Positions 15,006 to 25,516 of a DNA stretch of 64,000 nt are shown piece after piece. Position numbers and translations under genes: made by a program. Origin of the DNA: Chara braunii (taxonomy: Eukaryota; Plantae; Charophyceae); assembly GCA_003427395.1 (NCBI GenBank), contig BFEA01000008.1, positions 3,982,919 through 4,046,918 of the forward strand. Reading direction: 5' to 3'. The stretch's first letter is position 1. Each line of letters opens with the position of its first letter. The notes under the pieces were generated by a model. That model was not told the origin of the DNA. It worked only from the letters and a program-made list of their open reading frames with translations, and searched no databases.

Positions 15006-15563
15006 CCAACCATCCATTTTATGAGCAAAATCGAAAGAATCTACCGCTAGAACATGAAAATATACACTTTTTTTTTTACTAACCAAACCCCCCACCCGTA
15101 GTCCACCACGCGCGCATGCGAATGGGTGGGTTGCGTTAAAAAAAATCGCGCTACGTGGCGCGTGGCGCGTTTGAACGCGTCCTCAGGGCGTTTGAACGCT
15201 CGCGTTCGAACGCGAACGAGCATTCAGCGAGTTCGAACAGTCACATAGTTAAATGTCAATGGAACCAGTGTCAAACAAATAATAGGGCGACCCACACTAG
15301 AGCCTCCTACTACCAGTTTGACATGTACTCGAACAATAAAATAACTCACACTAGAGTTATTTCCATCACTTGGCATACTATAAAGTTGTCATTATATATG
15401 TACATATATAAGAGGAACATGCAAACAACCTGTACATGTACAAGTGCTAAGATGACTGACATTGGAGCCATTACCTCTTGCTCAATACCACACCATCCAC
15501 ATAGCTTCAGTTAACTTTGAACTCACATGAGAAGTAGGATAACTCACACTAGAGCATCCCACC
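13369..15563. repeat. Degenerate ~70-bp-period array with a hairpin core (consensus ~AAGTAATAGGATGACTCACACTAGAGTATCCTACTACC), ~18 units, interrupted by MITE 14438-15248
   Basis: Clearest units start near 13681, 13839, 13907, 13976, 14049, 14117 and 14186; others near 13369, 13506, 14320, 15278 and 15531. Confidence 0.8.
14438..15248. mobile_element. CTATG-terminus MITE carrying (GT)n, (GA)n and (TCAA)n
   Basis: Perfect 8-bp TSD TTAAATGT (14430-14437, 15249-15256). Right end GTCACATAG (rc CTATGTGAC); left TIR is decayed. TTGAACGCG subterminal repeats at both ends. Confidence 0.75.
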
Positions 15564-15623
<60 letters not shown>

Positions 15624-15652
15624 AAGGGATGCCGCTTATAAAAGGGAACGTC

Positions 15653-15845
15653 AACAACCTTTCCAAGTCGCGATTGGTGTTTGCACGTCGTCGAAGGGCC
15701 ATAAGCCTGTCTCAAGCGGCGACCAGGTACATCTAGGGGGTCCGACGTTCCAAGAGCCAAAAATTTGGACCGGATTTCGGCCCAAAAACTCAATTTTAAT
15801 TTCGTTCAAAAAATATAATATGTCCGTTTTGACAAAATGGTTGTT
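15653..15845. mobile_element. Short non-autonomous element of the AACA(A/G)CC...GG(T/C)TGTT family
   Basis: 7-bp TIR AACAACC/GGTTGTT. The right ~120 bp matches 21915-22053, 26720-26849 and 32205-32278. Confidence 0.65.
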
Positions 15846-16299
15846 CGGACGATATTGTCAGTAGACAGTCACATCACTGACACGCATGGCATGTGAAAGG
15901 ACGATGCCAAGTCGGACGATGAAGACGAAACCATGGTTGATGGACGCGCTGGTCCCTGCTCTGCGGAAAGGCACAGTCGACGAACGGTTGTGGGTCGGAA
16001 AAAAAAAAGAAAAAAGAAAAAAAAGCAAACAAAACAAAATGAAAGGAAAAAGAAACGAAAGGACTGCAATTTCGTGAATTTCGTTTTCACGAAATTGCAT
16101 AAAGAACGATCCACAATGTCCTACACACAGGAGGGCGAACATCTGAATCCCGGCGGGCAGAGTGCAATAGTGGGTCCCACCGCCAGGAACCCTAGCCTCA
16201 ACCTACCCGGTACGCCGTTCAACTACCAGTAGTTCGAGGCCTGACACGAAAAAATGCACTACTGGTAGGTCAAAATCTTTGTGGTCGGGAGGATTGGTG

Positions 16300-17914
16300 G
16301 TTTGAATTGGTCATTCTTAAGTAATCTTCAAATTCTTCATGCAACCCTTCTCAACTTACCAACACGAGATTGAACCCGACAAAAGCAAGATCCGCTTAAA
16401 CAATTGTTCATATATAAACCAGGCTTACTTCCAAATAGACATGAAAAATCAAATCACGAAGCCACTCATTATTACCCGGACGATACCAGATCAAATCCTG
16501 AACAGAACTACGACCAGTGGAAAAAACTTTGAGGCTTGCTTTGAATACTCATCTGATTCACAGGTTCTACAGTACTGGGTCATAAAACCGTAGCCCCTTC
16601 ATGAAATAATTTTACCCACAAATAACTTAGTAAAATATCAACCGACAAATGCTCCAACCTTTGGCTTTCCCTCAGTGTGCACGCCGCACGGAGTGCTCAC
16701 AGTGTCTCCGTGGCGCAATATCACAAAGGGGTCGTGCGTGGGGAGGCCCCTGGAGAGGGACATGAGTGCTCCCAGGCCGTTGTGCCGGATCTTGGTGATG
16801 TGAAAGTGGTTTCAGTTTGCGCAACAAGGAAGGGACCACTGGTGGAATTTCGACCATTCAATGGCAGCATGCGAGGCATACTTTGGTGGTTGATCTGCAA
16901 GACTGGATGTGGCCGTTGAAACAACATAACCCCCGGAAAGTCCCGCTGCATCAGGTGACCACCAAACTGATATACAAGTCATTGCTCCCCACTGTGGGTT
17001 AACCCGGAATGGATACCAACTACACACTTGTAGTGATGAAGCGACAAAATGGTGGACATAAATGACAATTTTGTGGGACTTGCTGGATCAAAAGTATATA
17101 TAGAATTCGCAGAGCCTTCGAGGGCAAGATTGGACATGGGAAGAAATCCTACGCCTATTCAGATCCTACTGAGAATTCGCAGAGCCTTCAAGGGCAAATT
17201 TGGAGCATTCATTTGCAGGAAAGGACACGTCAGCGGGAAGCGCGGCCACAAATTTCAGAATCCCCAACTGCCGAATAAAATTCCTAGCGCGCTCACTAAG
17301 GCATGCGTAAGACCTATGCAAATTCATGGATCGCCGGAGAGAAATTGCAAAAAGCCCTCAGAAAGAAAAACAACAAGTCTTAAAAAGTGGGAGGGCCTCG
17401 TCGGCCATTGATTCCATGCAGACCACCAACCAAAAAGAAGGGTAGTACCCCTAAAGCCCCTTAGAGATCGAAAAACCACAGAACAAAACTCAGAGCTTCG
17501 CAAGTTCGTTCAGGTACAGAACCTGGTACGTCACATAATGCATGGCAGAGTTGAAGGGGAGGGGAGGGACTGATTGGGGTGTAGGTAGGGGATTGTGCAT
17601 GATTGTCATTCGCAGTAAACAGACTGGGCACCCTCATAGGTACGAGCCCGGGTAGGATTGCCTTGTGGGCCCCATCCTGAGTGACTGAGTACCTCAGGAA
17701 GTTTCCTGACCAGAATGGGGACACTCATAGGCTTACCATTATAAACACCATTGGGGCTTTAGGGGGCACCCCCGCCCTGGACAAGTGTCTAGGGCCGCAG
17801 GGGTGAGGCAATCTTGTGCTGTATAAACAATGCTTGCCGGTGATAAGCAACCGGACTGGTGCCCCTCAGAGTAGATGGGGCTGGTGTGTGTGTTAAAAAA
17901 AACGGAAAAAAAAA
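16300..17914 (+). mobile_element. Highly decayed LINE 3' fragment (putative)
   Basis: LHQVTTKLIYKSLLP resembles the SVKSTYRMI segment preceding zf-RVT in the other LINEs. Ends in an A-rich tail at 17895-17914. Confidence 0.35.
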
Positions 17915-18844
17915 GGGAAGTCTACCAATAACACGTAATTAACCTCCAATGATATGTGAAGATCACAGCCCTGACACTGCCTACTGCAGATCTTTAACAT
18001 ATGGAAGGGGAAAAACAGAGTCCAGCCCGTTGGTGACCTGCGGGAGGCAAACTTTCTGCAAAATCAATGTGATTGTTTTCGTTTTTGTTTAAAAGGGAGA
18101 CAGCCTTGAGATAGTATCATTGGCCCTAGATAATTCAGAAGTATAAATTTCTTATTTTATTAACCTGACTAGGTAATTCAGAAGTATATTCACACCAACA
18201 GGGCATCATAGCTCAAAGGGATGGGTATATGTGGCGCAGGTAGTAAGAGGTATAATCTGTGAAGTGATCCGGTTTGATTGGAATAGATCAAGGTTCGAAA
18301 AGCGCCTGGCGCCCGCTGTCAGATTTCGAAATCAAAATCAAGATCAAGCTACCAGTGAAGCAAGCTATTACAGTAGACTGGGGAAGGAGAGCAAAGGCAG
18401 GATTCGAAGGGGAATTAGGAAACCGCGGTGTTGATTCCAACGAACTTGTTGGGCAAGAGGAAGCAGTCTGGCATCAGTCCTCCCGAACAGCAGATTGGTG
18501 TTGTCAAACTGGATCATGAGCGTGCATAACTCAGGTACCAGGATTGGTGTTGGTTTAGGAGATGATGAGCTGTTTTAGGCCCACCCTGAGGAGCGTTGGC
18601 TCGAGGGGTTCCACTAGGTCAGCTGCAGTGTGGCAGCGGTAGGTTAGATCCTTTTAACAACCAGGACACTCGGTTGAGCAGGGTCGCAGTGGACCAGGGT
18701 CGCATTGGACGAGTAGGCGAGTGTCATAGGATTTTGGACCGAGACCTTCGAGGCCAGCTCTGCTGGGCTGAGCTAGTCCCAGCTGTAGCAGTAGAGGATT
18801 GTAGGTAGATACAAGAGGTAGTTTAGAGTTCAGTCACCCAGATG

Positions 18845-19357
18845 CAAGGCCATTGGAATATGGATCCCAACTTAGGCAATATGTGCACATGACATTGTGA
18901 AGAAAAGAAGATGACATTTGTGTGCAAGTCTCTGAAAGAGCTTATTAAAAACGTCCACAGCCCCAGGAAACAATAAACCGCAACGATCTGTGTGTTACAA
19001 GATGTATCAATGGGATGCTGGACGCAGTTTCCAGCAGGTGCCTCTCCCCACCAAGAGATGGAGCAGGCAATATGTGCACATGACATTGTGAAGAAAAGAA
19101 GATGACATTTGTGTGCAAGTCTCTGAAAGAGCTTATTAAAAACGTCCACAGCCCCAGGAAACAATAAACCGCAATGATCTGTGTGTTACAAGATGTATCA
19201 ATGGGATGCTGGACGCAGTTTCCAGCAGGTGCCTCTCCCCACCAAGAGATGGAGCAGGCCAACGGATATAAGCCCTCAATTCTGAGAGTTCTCTTACCAC
19301 GGTCGGGATAGAGAGCTTACACAAGGGCTATCTTAAAAAAAAGAAGAAAAAAAAAAG
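18845..19357 (+). mobile_element. 5'-truncated LINE 3' tail containing a 191-bp tandem duplication
   Basis: 18874-19064 is repeated at 19065-19255 (1 mismatch seen). Carries the conserved 3'-tail motif also at 24906 and 43936. A-tail at 19335-19357. Confidence 0.6.
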
Positions 19358-20496
19358 GAATTATTAACCTGGAAGGCTATGGTTTAGACTGAAAGGTCTG
19401 TGGCATAACTGACGGTTTGGATGGTCACACAGGCAAGTGCCTGTAACTCTGGAAGGATTTGGCCAAGTTCAGACGGTTGTTTTAGACTGGAACTCGACTG
19501 GGACTCGGTAGCGGTGAGTTCCACGGGCCCGAGCCTCTAAGCTAAGGTAGCTGATGCTGCCAGATAGGGGGACAGATACCCGCCCGGGGTCGAAGTGTGA
19601 GGTCCCTGGCGGCCTCCAATCGTTATTTTGCAATGAATTGAGCCTTTTTTTAACCTGACTTGGGTCTGCATTTCGACAGTTCGGGGGGGGGCTTGGTCCC
19701 ACCTGCGCGTTTCCGTTGTAGGAGGCTACCATGAAGGGACTGGCGGGCATCTAGGGACCATGATCTATTGTGTCAATCCATGGTCCTTAGGCGCCCGCCA
19801 TTCTCTTGGCGGTAGCGTGCTACAACGAAAATGCGCATGTGGGACAGAGCCCCCAGGTGTGCCAACTGAGCTAGGCCAGTTGGGCTTTGATTCTTTTTTC
19901 TCTTTGTGCGCTTGTCATTGAGGAGGATGTGGGACGGGGTGTGAGACCTGGAGAAGAGCTGACTAAGATCCCCACCACCCCCCAACAAGAACTAACGAGA
20001 AGGTAAAAAAGAACGAGCACCATGATTCCATGGCCCCTCGTACTAATGTATCGTTTTGCCCACAGCAGCACCTGCACATTTTCTTTTGCTGCCAGCAGCT
20101 GTGAAGTTTCACATTTCAAATTTCACACTTCAAATTTCACGTTGGAAATTTCAAATCTCAAATTTCGAATTTCAATTTTTTTCGAATTTCAATTTTGAAT
20201 CGGTAATATAGCTGGTCCCCTTGTTCTTCTTATGTGTATTTGGGCCATTTTTTCGACTGTCATCTGCAGCCTCAACCTGTCTCTGCCGACCGGCACACTA
20301 GTATCCTACACATAAGGCCTCGCTCCACTACTCACCAAATGTGCAACGTTATATAAAAAAAAAAAAAAGTGCAACGTTACTAAAACAAAAATGAAAATGA
20401 GGGGGCCGTGCAAAAGGTGCGCTAGCGGTGAAACAGCGATAGGGGCAGTGGCGGTGCCCTGTCTCTGGCTGCGTGCGGCTGAGTAGAGTGCAACGT

Positions 20497-21470
20497 TTGA
20501 GAATGCAGATGCTGATCTCTCCCACGAGGCACCTACCCTGCCCTGCACCATAGCTGTGTGAGAGCTATGGCGGAAAGTGTCTGGCATAGCCTAGTCCTTG
20601 GGTGGGTTGGGGAGCGCCTTTGCGCTCTAAGACTTATGCCAGGTCACCCCGGCAGCCCTGTATCTGACCACTATACCACACCAAACCTAATGGACAGACC
20701 ATATGTACACATCTTTTACACATGACAAGCTATGGAGACCAGAGGAACCATTCTTCCCTCAAGCCCCGATCTTGAAGGGGGGCTCCTTTCTCACCACCCA
20801 ATTGGCACTTGGTCCCAAGGGAGACGCCACCACTCTCCGCAACGTCAGGCTCCCCAGATTGAGCAAAAGGCAGACTCTCAGACTGTGTAGTGCGAACAAG
20901 TGCACTAGGACTAGCATGAAGCACCGGCGACACAACCGTCAGCGGGGCTACTAGTGGAAGTGGGAGTCTAATGGTGGCGGTGGGAGCGCTATCTCTGGTA
21001 CCTAGGGGGTGGAGTGCTAGCTATTGCCTTCAAGTTGAAGAACTCACTACGGAATTACTCCATCTACGTGAAGGAATAATAAGGACCTTTAGATGGCAGA
21101 TGTACTGGCAGCTGCTTGTTGGCAAGATGCATCGACGAAGATTAGTAGGCTATAAAGCCGTATTGCCTGGGGAGTTCGTTATTTCTGCTTAGAACCGACA
21201 CAAATAGAAGTTTGAACGCAGCATGTCAGATACAATCAGGACACGAGTCCAACATGAATGAAGACCTTCTGGAACCACATCACGACTACTTCGCAGCGGA
21301 CACCTGAGCCGTGGTTTTGAATCTGCTGTGCTGTAGCGACCGTGAGTTTGCTGTCGTATCGGCATGGATAGCAGTAAGTGGAGAAAGTTTGGTAATAGTA
21401 CCATAATACAGTGTTGTGGAATACTGGAATTATGGAGTTCTGCACCTAAAAAAAAAAAAAAAAAAAAAAA
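20497..21470 (+). mobile_element. Poly(A)-tailed retroposed insertion of unknown origin
   Basis: A-tract at 21448-21471. Flanked by direct repeat AGTGCAACGT (20487-20496, 21471-21480). Confidence 0.45.
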
Positions 21471-21890
21471 AGTGCAACGTCAGAATGAATCGCTTTTGTA
21501 GACTGGCAGATATGAAGGTCAACTGGGGAAACAAAACCCAGGGCTGATGGATACACCACCAAGGAGTGAGACCCCCAGAAGAACCGAGACTCAAATGGCT
21601 ACCAAAGGGAGCCCCAATTAGGGTATTAGGGGTGCTGATGTCAGCGGAAGGTAGGCCGACTACCAATAATGAATGGATCTCTGACCCGCCCCAGGAAAAG
21701 ATGACACTATGGAAGGACAAACATACCTCGCTGATAGGACGCTCCCTAATAATAAATAACGTGATACTGGTCTCCTTGTGGTACAAATCTGCCATCTGGG
21801 CCTTGGACAAGAACGCCCTATGCCCCTTGCAGCGTCAGATAGCCGCTTTCCTATGGAGGGGAAATCATGAGGAACGTAATGTGATCATCA

Positions 21891-22053
21891 AACTGCCTGG
21901 AGGTGCTTGGTCTCAAGCTAGGTCCATGTACAGCCAGGGGGTCCAGCGTTTGGACCCTCAGGAACAACAAATTTTGACGAGTTTTCGGCCAAAAAACTCG
22001 GTTTCAATTTCGTTCAAAAAATAAAAAATATCCATTTTGACGAAATGGCAGCT
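21891..22053. mobile_element. AACTGCC...GGCAGCT short element (same family as 15653) inserted in a LINE, flanked by a 21-bp duplication
   Basis: AGGAACGTAATGTGATCATCA (21870-21890) / AGGAGCGTAATGTAATCATCA (22054-22074). Removing it restores GNHEERNVIIRVVWQSIIEPKSKGG. Confidence 0.75.
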
Positions 22054-22316
22054 AGGAGCGTAATGTAATCATCAGAGTGGTGTGGCAATCTATAATCGAA
22101 CCCAAATCGAAAGGAGGTTTGGGCATAATAGATCCCTCGTTACGAACTAAGGCTCTTGCATTACAATGGCTCAAACGTAAACTTTTCAATCAGGACACCC
22201 CGTGGAAGGGGCTAGCCTTGGAACATATCACCTGTTTGGCACCACAAACAGTGGAGGGGAGTGACCCGTTGATGTCACAGTGGCTAGAAAATAGGGAATG
22301 GTCCACCCAAAAAAGA

Positions 22317-22838
22317 CAACGGAAAATTTTCTCAGAATTAAATAATCATTCTTTAGTGAAATCACATTCTAAATTTTAAATTTTCATTCCATCTTTAAAA
22401 ATGTCATTCCAATTTTAATTTTTTTTGTCTTACTTGAAAATTTTCCTTTCAAGAATGGGGTATCCCTTCTTATTTGAACTGCATGCTAGAGATGGAATGA
22501 AAGTGTGGATGAGTTCATGAAATATTTTAATTGGACTGTCATTCTAAGTAAGGATTTTCAGTCATAAATAGGTTAATCCAATATAAATTAGAAGATATTT
22601 CTTGTAGTAGAATGAAAGTTTAATTAAAATATTTCATAAACTCGTCCAGACTTTCATTCCATCTTGAACAAATAGATGTAGTTGGAAGGGAAAGTTCATA
22701 TTTAGACGGAAACTTATCAAATAAAACTGAAAATTTTAGAATTTGACGAACATTGGAATGATAATTTATAAATATGAAGGATTTTTTTTTTATGGAATGT
22801 TTTTTCAACTTTCATTTCTCGTGGGAATTTTTCTGTTG
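22317..22838. mobile_element. AT-rich MITE inserted in a LINE
   Basis: Imperfect TIRs CAACGGAAAATTTTC / rc CAACAGAAAAATTCC. Internal TTCATTCC/GGAATGAA repeats. LINE homology resumes on both sides. Confidence 0.6.
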
Positions 22839-24971
22839 GAGGCGCGCATCATTGTCATCCCCCCCCTGATTCACCCAGACAAGCAGCAAGGGCCGACCTA
22901 CGCAATTGGCCTGACCTCTTGAAAACATGGAGAAGTCTGCCCCTGCCGGATAGAACTCCACCAGAGAGATGGGAAGAGGTGGCACGACAACCTCTTTTTG
23001 GGAATAGATGAATAACAGACTCAAGGGGTCAAACCCTCCATTGCATGAACTCCCCATAGCAAGCCTGGGTCACGCGGGGAATGACAAGGGTACATGATAT
23101 GTGGGATACGGAACAAAGAACCTGAATCCACCCGGGTCAGCTAAGAAAGAGACTACACTATTGTCATCGACCGGAGGATGCCTTGGACGCTATAATAGAA
23201 AAGATCCCCCTAGCCTGGTGGAGAGTCCTAAGGAAAGGCCCCACCCTTCATGAATCGAACAAGGTGGCGTTGAGGGATAGTTCAAGTCAGGTGGGGAGCG
23301 TACTAGTTCACTGCGAACTTGACGGACTAATAAGAGTAAACCTCTTCCAAATGGGCTGGAACAACATCCTTCAAAACACTTCTCCAGAAGAAACAGTAAT
23401 ATATCAGAAAAAAAACCTATTCAGAATCAGAGTGTTCCACGAAAAAGAGCAATGGATCGTCTACCGCCCATAGACCTCGATCCACAAACTCGCCCTGGAA
23501 CCCGTCGAATAAACATAGACATTAACGGCAGGGAAGGGCAGGAAAGTCACAAGATCATTATACGGCCTTACAGTAAAATCGACCTACAGACTCCTTAGGC
23601 CGATAATAAACCTTCAGGATCGAGTGAAGGCACGTTGGATGAACCATTTAAATATTGACAATGACAAGCTAAGAGATATAAAGTGGTTCAGCATGATCAA
23701 GAAAAAAACAGCAAAATTTGCTTCGCTGCAATGGCAGATCGAGCACCGCTGCCTGCTGACAAATGATTGGCAGATAGAAAGAACGAACCTAGAACAGAGA
23801 GGGCAAGCCCTGCCCTGGTGTAGGCTTTGCACCAACGCGTTCCCTTCCAGGAAAGTGTCATAAACAATCGAACACATATTTCTTTAGTGCCCAGGAGTGG
23901 TGTGGCTGTGGAGATGGTGGGATAAAATCTGGGATCAACTAGAAACCCAGATCCGGTGGTCGTGGGATTGGAAAGCTTTGCTATGCGAAACCTATCCTAA
24001 GGACTAACTAGATGATTTCACCAGCAATATGTTCAAACTAGGTCGTAGGGCCGTGCTCTGGGCCCTCTGGCGGCGACGCTGCACTTACAAAATGGAAAGA
24101 GCACGAATGGAAGGTCCAAAATTCACGGAAAGCATACAACAACAGATCCGAACTGAAATCATAGAAAAATGGGGGAAAGTCAGGACGTTGATCCAGCTCT
24201 TACACTCACCAAAATATATCCAACAAAAATTCAAAGAATTTAGCCTGAGCTGGCTTGGAGGGGATAATGAGGGGCGGATTGGGGAAGTTGAATGGAAATG
24301 TAGGCAAAAAGACCCAGGGGAAGGGCAAGGGAGGAGGGCTTTAGTAAGAGACTACCAGCTCCTTTTTCATTAGTGGACTTAGATCGACACAGCAATCCCC
24401 ATGAGACCTGTGAAGATTTCTGAGTCCTCGATCCTTTTCCCCCCCTTTCAAACTGCTTGGTAAGTTGGTAGGTTTGGACTGGTATGGGAGAGATTGAGGA
24501 CGAATGCAAAAGATGGGGTCAGGGTATCAGGGTGCAGGGTTTTATGGATCAAGGGTCTTTGAGGTTTATGAAACTTCCCCAAGGCAGGAGTGCAGGTCTC
24601 CAGGGAGGGTGAGGTGGGGTCTGACAACTGTCTTTGAGGAGGGAGGAATCAGCAAAAAACAGCAGGAATCTGACATCATCTTTAGGGTGAAGAGATTTTT
24701 TCCCACTCTTTCTTCAAGAGCCGGCTCAGTCAATCCCCTGAACCCAGGGTAATCAATGCTGACAGGCATCCCCAAAATCGTTTCAGATACGTCTCATAAA
24801 ATAATAATAATAATTAAAAAAAAAAGTAGATTCAATTTTTCTTAGCCTAAGCCGGGTAATGACCCCGGTATCTCAAATTTTCAAAATTCGATGTAAGTCT
24901 CCATATGGGACGCTGGCCCCGGTTCCCAGCACGTGCTGCTCCCCACGAATAGATTGGAGCCTTGTTCCCAT

Positions 24972-25018
<47 letters not shown>

Positions 25019-25057
25019 TTTGTTGAACCATTGGAAGATAGAAGGCCATATTTTGCC

Positions 25058-25088
<31 letters not shown>

Positions 25089-25516
25089 GATTCATATAAG
25101 GTCTAGATGAGGCCATATAAGGTCCTCACAATTCAACCGGAGTTATCTTGGCAACATCAACTAGTTTAGCTTAAGAAGAAAAACATTAAACAAACAGACA
25201 AAGTCCCAAAACAGCAAAGCAAAAGCTCCTGAGCACTAGAAGCCTGACCAGACCCTAGCCTCAAGAGCTTTTGAACGACAAAGTCCCAAAACATTAAACA
25301 AACAGACAAAGTCCCAAAACAGCAAAGAAGAGCCTCAAGAGAACTGACCTAGAGACGTAACCAATTTTGAACGACCACTCTGCGTAACTGACTTGACCAC
25401 ACGGACCCTAAAACGGGGCCTACAGGTCGCCTATGCATTGGCAGCGATACACTGCCAGCGATACACTGCCATACCGAGTGACTAGGTACAACCTCGCTAA
25501 AAGTCGAGCAACTACC

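Larger units (their letters stand above)
21472..24971 (+). mobile_element. 5'-truncated L1/Tx1-like LINE (RT C-terminus, thumb, zf-RVT, 3' UTR), decayed
   Basis: LWKDKHTSLIGRSLIINNVILVSLWY, PKSKGGLGIID and SLQWQIEHRCL..CRLC..ETIEHIF..C. Colinear with the copy at 41500-43980. Ends at (TA)n 24972-25017. Confidence 0.85.

Noticed and set aside
13369-15563. Genuine CRISPR array
   Set aside because: Repeats are too diverged, the spacers are related to one another, there are no cas genes or leader, and the context is eukaryotic transposon DNA.
21255-21310. C/D-box snoRNA in the poly(A)-tailed insert
   Set aside because: Only a weak C box (ATGAAGA) and CTGA are present, with no terminal stem or recognisable guide.
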